From a virus, in the IMG/VR virus record IMGVR_UViG_3300047157_000171: a stretch of DNA of 64,000 bases; one strand, written 5' to 3'. Under the pieces are notes generated by a model. The model was given only the letters and a program-made list of their open reading frames with translations. It ran no database searches and was not told the origin of the DNA. Every line of letters starts with the position of its first letter. The first letter of the stretch is position 1. Made by a program: the position numbers and the translations under genes. This document shows, piece by piece, positions 56,653 through 64,000 of the stretch.

Positions 56653-57924
56653 ATGGGGTTACCTAAGAAATATAAAAACGATATAAACGTATATTCTAAT
56701 AAGGAATTATTAGAAAGAAGGCGTGAACTTCTTGAAGAGATTACAAATCAAGACACTAACCTTCCTGAGTCTATTTTACACGAAGACTTAGATTTTGGTA
56801 TGTTGGAGTTTGTTAAGAACAATTTATTATTTCAAACGGGTGACGGTAATACTATTAATTTTATTGAAAGAATTTTAACAATACAAAGATGGGCAGAGAT
56901 GTCGAACACATTTCCTTTTACAGACGAAGATGGTAATATCGAGTTACCTTTTGTTGTTGTAATTAGAAAACCAGAAGTTCCTTTTGGAACCAACCCATCA
57001 CTACAATATACAATACCTGATAGACAATCGTTTTTTTATAGGAGAATACCAACATGGAATGGAAACAGAATCGGTGCTGATATCTATAAGATACCACAAC
57101 CAATACCTGTTGATATGTCTTTTGACATTGTTGTTGTTTGTAATAGAATGAGAGAACTTAACAGGTTTAATAAAAAAATAATGCAGAAGTTCTCATCGAG
57201 ACAATCCTATACTAATGTTAAGGGACATTACATTCCTTTAGTGTTAGAGGGTATTTCTGACCAATCACAAATTGATTCATTAGAGGGTAGAAGATACTAC
57301 CAACAATCATATACAATACAATTACAGGGATTTTTAATTGATGACGAAGAGTTTGAGGTAACACCAGCTATTGATAGAACACTTATAATGACGGAACTAA
57401 TTGCGGATGTTAAAGGACCTTCTTCGGGTGTTATGACAAAAGTAATTAAAAATAATGTTGAAGTTACTACAGAAAAGTTTTTAAGTGATGGTGTCACAAC
57501 GACATATAAAACACAAAAGAAAATAAACAATCTGTTCTATGTGGAATTAAATGGTTTAGTGTTGGTTAAAGATGTTGATTATTTACACAACGGCAATAGT
57601 TCTAATATTATATTTACTACCCCACCACCATTAGACAGTGTGTTGAGGATTGTTTATACCTTTGATAATACTATGAGTTCTATGGAGGGGAGTGTTTTAA
57701 ATCTTAAAAAAGAGACAATTGAATTTGTTGATGGACAGATGACATACCCATTAGAATTTCCAATATACGATATGATACTATTAGATGTTGGTGGTTTATT
57801 ACAAATTGAATCTGACTATTATACGTTTAGTAAAGGTCAGTTTAGTATCACGGTCAATGAACTTCCACCTGTGACAACACCTACAACCAAAATGAGTTTG
57901 GTTTATCTAACTTCGGAGTTATAA
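56653..57924 (+). CDS. Tail terminator/completion protein (gp15-like) with C-terminal beta extensions (likely start ATG 56653)
   Basis: LPFVVVIR, QPIPVDMSF, GHYIPL, RRYYQQSY. Confidence 0.6.
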   Translation: MGLPKKYKNDINVYSNKELLERRRELLEEITNQDTNLPESILHEDLDFGMLEFVKNNLLFQTGDGNTINFIERILTIQRWAEMSNTFPFTDEDGNIELPFVVVIRKPEVPFGTNPSLQYTIPDRQSFFYRRIPTWNGNRIGADIYKIPQPIPVDMSFDIVVVCNRMRELNRFNKKIMQKFSSRQSYTNVKGHYIPLVLEGISDQSQIDSLEGRRYYQQSYTIQLQGFLIDDEEFEVTPAIDRTLIMTELIADVKGPSSGVMTKVIKNNVEVTTEKFLSDGVTTTYKTQKKINNLFYVELNGLVLVKDVDYLHNGNSSNIIFTTPPPLDSVLRIVYTFDNTMSSMEGSVLNLKKETIEFVDGQMTYPLEFPIYDMILLDVGGLLQIESDYYTFSKGQFSITVNELPPVTTPTTKMSLVYLTSEL

Positions 57925-57935
57925 TAATTACGACA

Positions 57936-58097
57936 TTATATTTCGTCTCCGTAGATATCTCTTTTCACTTTACAATTGTCCTCAATTAGTTTTTCTACGA
58001 AGTTAAACATCTTAAGACCCCCTTTATTACAGTGGTCTTTTAGTAGTTTATGGTGGTATTCCGAGATTTTTAAGTTTTTAACCCTTTTGTCGTTCAT
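57936..58097 (-). CDS. Ribbon-helix-helix-like DNA-binding protein (53 aa, not in ORF track)
   Basis: MNDKRVKNLKISEYHHKLLKDHCNKRGLKMFNFVEKLIEDNCKVKRDIYGDEI*: beta-strand KNLKIS, helix, G turn, helix. Confidence 0.7.
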   Translation of the reverse strand: MNDKRVKNLKISEYHHKLLKDHCNKGGLKMFNFVEKLIEDNCKVKRDIYGDEI

Positions 58098-58104
58098 TAT
58101 CTGT

Positions 58105-58135
58105 AGTATGAAAAAAGTATGAATATAATCATACT
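58105..58135. promoter_or_regulatory. Operator-like AGTATG boxes (two direct, one inverted)
   Basis: AGTATGA at 58105 and 58116, TCATACT at 58129. Confidence 0.55.
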
Positions 58136-58232
58136 CTTAATAAATATTCGGTTTAATAAAAAGTCTTTTATAAAAATACTGAATATTTATAGTAGTAAAG
58201 AAATAAATTACAATTAAAAAAATATTCAAATA

Positions 58233-61041
58233 ATGGCAAATTCTAACAGAGTTTTCGTCTCACCAGGAGTATTCACATCAGAAAAAGACTTGAGTTTTGT
58301 TTCTCAAAGCGTTGGTGTATCTACTTTAGGTTTAGTAGGTGAAACAAAAAAAGGTCCCGCATTTGAACCAGTATTGGTTTCGGGTTATAATGGATTCAGA
58401 ACAATGTTCGGTGGTTCTTCACCTGAAAAGATGGGTGAAACATTAAAATACCCACTTCCGTATTATGCAAAATCATACCTATCTCAATCATCACAATTAT
58501 TTGTGACAAGAGTATTGGGTTATTCAGGTTATGATGCAGGTTCGGCACATTCGATAAAAACTATCGCTGGTGTTAATACAACAACAATAGGACAATCAAA
58601 TTCACTTAAAGCGGATTTTGTTATTGAACTTAATAGTGGTTCTTTAGATATCGCTGGTTTAGGTCAATTAGAAACAGATTATCTTAATACTGAATTTGAA
58701 TCAAATGCAGGTGTTACTACAAGTTTCTTAGATTTCGTAAACTTAAACCTATCAGAAGATAAGGTAATGGTTATGGGTCCATATTATAATACATTCGATT
58801 GGAACGCTATTGGTGTTGATGATACGGATAAAGTTGTTTATCCAATGTCAGACTCTAAATGGGCAGACCAAATAGAATTTACAGGAACAAATGAAAGCGG
58901 ATTAGCGTTTTACGCAAGTAAATTCGACGACGCGGGGGTTATTAAAGTACAGATTGTGGTTATGGAATTAGATGTCGTAAGATTTTCAGAGTTTCATAAT
59001 AAGACAATTGCTATATTACGTTCAAGAGCGGAATATACAGGTGACGATTTAAACTTCAAATTAAACAGTAATATTACGATTACTAGTGATGTGGTAAACG
59101 ACAATGCTTTAGCTGACTTTGATTTATCATTCACATCAGCGGCAGGAGTACACAGTTTTACGTGTAACTTATCACCATCATCTAAGAAATTTATAACTAA
59201 AGTGATTGGTGAATCAGCGTTTGATAAAAACCCTGATGATTATCCTGTTTATGTTGATAAGGTTTATGACAATTATTTAAATTGGTTAATCGCAACAGGA
59301 AAAATTAAAGGATTATATACAGGAACTTTAGATAGTGTAAATGAGGGTGGAGACTTTAAGTCGAAATATACATCATCATATACTCCATATGTTGTTTCTG
59401 AAGTAAGAGGTGGTTTTGTGTCTAACTTATTTAGATTCGCAACGATTTCAGACGGAGACGCATCAGCAAGAGAGGTTAAGATTTCTTTTGTAAACATTTC
59501 AATTGAAAAACAAGAGTTCGATATCATTGTTAGAGATTTCTTCGATACGGATGCAAGTCCAATCGTTTTAGAAAAATTCTCAAGATGTTCTATGAATCCA
59601 GACGTACCAGGTTACGTAGCGAGAAAAGTAGGTACATCTGATGGTGAGTACGAATTAAAATCAAGTTATATTATATTAGAATTATCTGATGACGCACCGA
59701 TAGACGCGGGTACCATCAGGATTTAGAGGTTACGAGGTTAAAGATTATAACTTCGCTTCATCTTCTAACGCAAGTATTAACTATAAAAACGAATACTACA
59801 CTGCAGGACAGGTTATCGGTATAGATAATGATGGTAATGATATTGTGGTAAATTCAGATAAAGTAAGAAAAACATATTTAGGTGTTTCTAACACAGTTGG
59901 TTTTGACCCGTCATTCTTTGAATTTTCAGGTGATTATCAAGGTGTTGAATTACTTAAAGGTTTCCACCTTTCATCACAAGCTAACGGAGTTGAGTTTGTT
60001 AAAACTAATGAAAACTTTGAGTTATCAGAAGGAAACTTTGAAAAGTTAGTTGGTTGTAAATTCACAATAGCACCTGTGGGTGGTTTTGACGGATTTGATA
60101 TCTTTAGAAAAGAAAGAACTAACGGTGACCAATATATAAAAGGTAAATCACCATATGCGAACGCAGGGTTTGACCCTTACGTTGGTAACTCTGATTACTA
60201 TGCGTTCTTAGACGGTATTAGAACATACGCTAACCCTGAAGCAGTAGATATTAACTTATTCTCAACACCAGGTCTTAACTTCTTTGACAATTCATCTTTA
60301 GTTGGTGAAGCAATCGACATGATTGAAGAAGAAAGAGCTGATTCATTATACGTAATTGATTCACCAAACAGGTCATCAGTAGATGAGATTGTAGGTGACA
60401 TTGAAGACATAGGTTTTGATTCTAACTACTCAGCAACATATTGGCCTTGGATTCAGGTGAGAGACACTGAAAATTCAGTTCAGGTATACGTGGCACCAAC
60501 AGGTGAGGTATTAAAGAACATCGCGTTAACAGACAACGTGGCATATCCATGGTTCGCATCAGCGGGTTACACAAGAGGTTTAGTAAATGCAATCAAAGCG
60601 AAAAAGAAATTAACATTAGATGAAAGAGATGAATTATATGTTAATAGAATTAACCCAATAGCAACATTCTCAGACGTAGGTACGATTATCTTCGGTAACA
60701 AAACATTACAAGTTAGAGAATCGGCATTAGACAGAATCAACGTAAGAAGATTATTACTACAAGCAAGAAAACTTATTTCAAACGTGGCGGTAAGATTATT
60801 ATTCGAACAGAATGATGAAGTTGTAAGAAACGAATTCTTAAGTTTAGTTAATCCAATTTTAGAAAACATAAAAAGAGAAAGAGGTTTAACAGAATTTAAA
60901 GTTGTATTGTCATCTTCACCAGAAGATATGGATAGAAATCAGTTATCGGGTAAGATATACATTAAACCAACAAGAGCTCTTGAATTCATTGATATTGAAT
61001 TCTTAGTAACACCAACAGGAGCATCTTTTGAAAATATTTAA
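58233..61041 (+). CDS. Tail sheath protein (gp18-like), ~935 aa once the extra G at 59708-59710 is removed
   Basis: FVSPGVFTSEKD, LVGETKKGPAFEP; corrected junction DAVPSGFRGY; C-terminal WFASAGYTRG, GNKTL, RINVRRLL, IKPTRALEFI. Confidence 0.92.
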
Positions 61042-61051
61042 AAAATTATAG

Positions 61052-61073
61052 AGGGGAGGGTTTCCTCCCCTTT
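61052..61073 (+). terminator. Hairpin after the sheath gene
   Basis: AGGGGAGG-GTTT-CCTCCCCT with a short T tract. Confidence 0.6.
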
Positions 61074-61086
61074 GTATGTATAATAT

Positions 61087-61938
61087 ATGAAACAAACATT
61101 AATAGAATCAGAAATTAAAAGACTTATGGAAATCATGAGTGTTGAGGTGTCTGAAGGTTTTAACGAAGAGGGTTTACCTGATTTTAAGTATTACGCATTT
61201 GATTGGGATGATAACCTAATGTATATGCCAACTGAAATTATGGTGAAAAGTTTTGGAGACCAAGAAATAGGTATGGGTACTGCAGATTTTGCTGAGTACA
61301 GAGGACAGATAGGAAAAGAAGATTTTGACTATAAAGGTCATACTATAGTTGGTTTTGCTGAAAATCCTTTTAGAAATTTCGGTGTAGATGGAAATGACCA
61401 ATTTGTTAAAGACGCTATGATTGCTAAAACAGGTCCTTCATGGAATGACTTTATAGAATGTATTAACGGAGGTTCAATATTTTCTATTATCACGGCAAGA
61501 GGACATAACCCTGAGACATTAAGAGAGGGTGTGGAAGCTATTGTTAAAGACGGTAAGGGTGGTTTATCATTCGAATCGTGCGTGGAGTCACTTAAGAAAT
61601 ATAAAGGTGTTATAGACGGGGATGGTGAAGAATTATTCCAAGAATATTTAGACCTATGTAGATTTCATCCTGTTTCACACGGAGCGGGTAGTGCTGCTAA
61701 CCCTGAAGAAGAAAAAATTAAGGCATTAGAATTATTTATTAAACACGTTAATTCTTTATCTGAAGAATTGGCGGTTACGATGGAGTTAGAAAATGACATC
61801 AAAAATAATTTTGTCCCGATGATTGGGTTTTCTGATGATGATAAAGCTAATGTCGACAATGTAAAAAAATACTTAGACGACAAAGGAGAAGAAAATGTCA
61901 ACGTGTATTACACTAAGACTGATAAAACAAAGATGTAG
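61087..61938 (+). CDS. HAD-superfamily phosphatase-like protein
   Basis: YYAFDWDDNL (motif I), IITARGH (II), EKIKAL (III), IGFSDDD (IV). Confidence 0.75.
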   Translation: MKQTLIESEIKRLMEIMSVEVSEGFNEEGLPDFKYYAFDWDDNLMYMPTEIMVKSFGDQEIGMGTADFAEYRGQIGKEDFDYKGHTIVGFAENPFRNFGVDGNDQFVKDAMIAKTGPSWNDFIECINGGSIFSIITARGHNPETLREGVEAIVKDGKGGLSFESCVESLKKYKGVIDGDGEELFQEYLDLCRFHPVSHGAGSAANPEEEKIKALELFIKHVNSLSEELAVTMELENDIKNNFVPMIGFSDDDKANVDNVKKYLDDKGEENVNVYYTKTDKTKM

Positions 61939-62128
61939 ATACTAGAACTAGTATACTAGTAATATTTAAGTTATTATATTTTATATATTTTATTTCTTAA
62001 GTGTTTTTAAGTGAGTTATACTGGAACTAGTTTAAACAAAATAATTAAAAGTGTCAACTAATATCGAAAGATTTTTAAATTACTTGATATTTATAGATAA
62101 ATAAGAAACAAATTAAAAAAAATACAAA

Positions 62129-62617
62129 ATGGCTGATTTATTAATGAAAATGCCTGTTCCTTACGAACCAAAGAAAAAGAATAGGTTTATTTTAAGATTC
62201 CCTTCAAGTTTAGGGATAAATGAGTGGTATGTAAGTACAACATCTAGACCTTCAGCGAACATAGGTTCAGTTGAAATACCATTCCTAAACACCTCAACAT
62301 TCGTTGCAGGTAGGTTTAATTGGAACACTATTAATGTAACGTTTAAAGACCCGATTGGTCCTTCAGCGGCACAAGCATTAATGGAATGGTTTAGATTACA
62401 CGCAGAATCTGTTACAGGTAGAATGGGTTATGCTGCGGGTTATAAGAAAGATATTGAATTAGATATGTTAGACCCAACAGGTGTTGTGGTAGAAAAATGG
62501 ATTATACAAGGAGCCTTTTTAACTGACTTAAACTTTAATGACTTATCTTACTCTGATGAAGGTTTAGCTGACATCTCAGTAACGTTAAGACCAGATAGAT
62601 GTATATTAGTATACTAA
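62129..62617 (+). CDS. Tail tube protein (gp19-like)
   Basis: YEPKKKNRFIL, WNTINVTFKDPIG, LDPTGVVVEKWIIQGAF, LRPDRCIL. Confidence 0.88.
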   Translation: MADLLMKMPVPYEPKKKNRFILRFPSSLGINEWYVSTTSRPSANIGSVEIPFLNTSTFVAGRFNWNTINVTFKDPIGPSAAQALMEWFRLHAESVTGRMGYAAGYKKDIELDMLDPTGVVVEKWIIQGAFLTDLNFNDLSYSDEGLADISVTLRPDRCILVY

Positions 62618-62644
62618 AACTATAACGGCCATATAAAATTAAAG

Positions 62645-62669
62645 AAACTCACTTCATGTGGGTTTTTTT
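62645..62669 (+). terminator. Intrinsic terminator after the tail tube gene
   Basis: AAACTCAC-TTCAT-GTGGGTTT plus T tract. Confidence 0.75.
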
Positions 62670-62720
62670 ATGCTTTACAATGTGGTTATATGGTGTATTA
62701 TTAAAACAAAAGTGTTTAAT

Positions 62721-63471
62721 ATGGACGAACAAAATTATAAAATGGAAGTAGCCTTCGATGTAATACCGTTACCGACTAACGGGGTATTCTACAAAAATAA
62801 GAAAGACACACTTAAAGTTTCTTTTCTTACTGCATCGGATGAAAACATTTTAACATCACAAAACTTAATCCAACAAGGTTTGGTTATTGATGAGTTACTT
62901 AAGGTTAAAATCTTAGATGACGATATTACCGTGGATGAATTACACGATTCAGACAAAGAAGCCGTTTTATTGTTTTTAAGAAATACCGCATATGGTTCTA
63001 TGATTAAACTATCTGTAATTGACCCTGATACCGGTTCTTCGGTTGAGGTTGATTATGACCTACAAAACATTAAGTATAAAAAATTTACTCTAACATCTGA
63101 TAGTGAAGGGTTATTTGATTATACACTACCAACATCTAAAAAAGTCGTTAAATTTAAGTTCTTATCACCAAATGATGAGAGAGAATTAGAAAAAATTAGT
63201 GAGGTTTATAAAGATATGTTAATAAAACCAACAGTCACTAAAAGGTTAGAAAAGATGATTATTTCAGTTGATGGTGAAAAAGACCCAATGAAAATATCAC
63301 ACTTCATTAGTACAATACCTATTAGAGATTCTCAGAGTTTTAGGAAGTATGTCACTGACAACACACCAGGTTTAGACAAAGGGGTAGAGATAACTTTACC
63401 TTCGGAAAAAAAAAATACAAACATTCTTTAACCTTGACACAGAATTTTTTCGTCCATTCTACGGACTATAA
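62721..63471 (+). CDS. Tail assembly chaperone / gp26-like protein; probable extra A in A10 (63406-63415), corrected end ...NLDTEFFRPFYGL*
   Basis: VIPLPTNGVFY, LTASDENILTS, LFLRNTAYG, PIRDSQSFRKY; lies between tube and tape measure. Confidence 0.75.
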
Positions 63472-63637
63472 AACATCTGTTTTAGAAGAAATCTATTATT
63501 TAGGGAAACATCTGAATTTCACGTATAGTGATGTTATGATTATGCCTGTCTACGAAAGAAAGTTTTTTGTTAATATGTTAGTTGAGGAATTTGAAAAAAA
63601 GAAACAAGACTACGAGAACGAAAAGGCTAAAAGGTAA
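63434..63637 (+). CDS. Downstream chaperone ORF (T-like), lacks an early ATG
   Basis: FFVHSTDYKTSVLEEIYYLGKH...YSDVMIMPVYERKFF. Confidence 0.65.
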   Translation: MTQNFFVHSTDYKTSVLEEIYYLGKHLNFTYSDVMIMPVYERKFFVNMLVEEFEKKKQDYENEKAKR

Positions 63638-63696
63638 TCTACATTATATCCACAAAAAAATGGTTGACAGGTATTTATAGTTATACTTAATATCAA

Positions 63697-64000
63697 ATGA
63701 ATATTACATTTAAAGACTTAATTGCTGATTTAGAGATAACAGACCCTCAAAAGAAGAACAAATTGGATAGATATGTTCAGAGTGTTGCTAATGAGGCGGC
63801 TAATAAGTCTAATAACAAAATCAGTAGTAGTGGAACCTCTGCGTTAGATGGTGTTAGTAACTATATAACAGAATTAGGTCAAGTTAATGCTTCTGCGATA
63901 GCTTTTGATAAAAATATTTTACAGTTAACTGACGATGTTTTAGATTTTGGTAAAGCCATGATTAGTATGGACTTTGGTAAAATTATGACATCCTTAAGTA
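63697..64000 (+). CDS. 5' part of probable tape measure protein (runs off the window)
   Basis: ATG 63697, open to the edge, helical Ala/Ser-rich; late motif at 63672; follows the chaperone genes. Confidence 0.6.
   Translation, partial: MNITFKDLIADLEITDPQKKNKLDRYVQSVANEAANKSNNKISSSGTSALDGVSNYITELGQVNASAIAFDKNILQLTDDVLDFGKAMISMDFGKIMTSLS

Larger units (their letters stand above)
4695..63679. promoter_or_regulatory. Dispersed putative late-promoter motif TATTTAT(A/T), about 20 copies
   Basis: Plus strand: 4900, 13089, 14149, 19113, 20944, 22810, 24391, 25164, 45586, 56128, 58184, 62088, 63672. Minus strand: 4695, 23777, 31722, 35678, 44367, 45561, 51532, 52814, 54316. Each is 4-46 nt upstream of a co-oriented start. 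Confidence 0.75.

Noticed and set aside
59700-59845. Tail sheath split into two ORFs (programmed frameshift or split gene)
   Set aside because: Removing one G from GGG (59708-59710) restores a continuous DAVPSGFRGY frame in an essential gene. The same +1 homopolymer pattern occurs at 4277-4280, 4940-4944 and probably 63406-63415, so this is most likely a sequencing or assembly error.

Overview
AT-rich, densely coding 64 kb segment of a large T4-like contractile-tailed (jumbo-type) phage genome in the standard genetic code. It holds the core virion module (TerL, portal, gp21-like prohead protease, scaffold, gp23-like major capsid, neck proteins, sheath, tube, tail chaperone, start of a probable tape measure, gp5-like spike), family B DNA polymerase, a SNF2/HARP-like helicase, a sigma-like factor, DnaK and an N-domain-less ClpC, ribosomal protein bS21, PhoH, dUTPase, several glycosyltransferase-like genes and two tRNAs. 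The host is probably Bacteroidota: TTTG-N19-20-TAnnTTTG promoters, no obvious SD sites, and Bacteroidota-style bS21, Hc1-like and DUF4494-like genes. Four clear single-base insertions in homopolymer runs (C1 protease, 4.9 kb polyprotein start, tail sheath, tail chaperone) and two possible ones in small ORFs indicate sequencing or assembly errors. Best leads: (1) a putative capsid-cargo system in which late proteins carry short leaders and internal linkers ending in gp21-type [ILV]-x-E sites plus a shared scaffold-like terminal helix, including two polyproteins with peptidoglycan hydrolase domains and candidate packaged NTase, WYL, HAD and nuclease proteins; (2) three promoter classes, including a late motif TATTTAT(A/T); (3) a candidate +1 frameshift (UUU_CGU) at the tail chaperone; (4) a stand-alone paralog of the helicase N-terminal domain; (5) an unannotated RHH gene with operator-like boxes shared with the capsid operon. 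All calls are from motif recognition by eye; no searches or counts were run.
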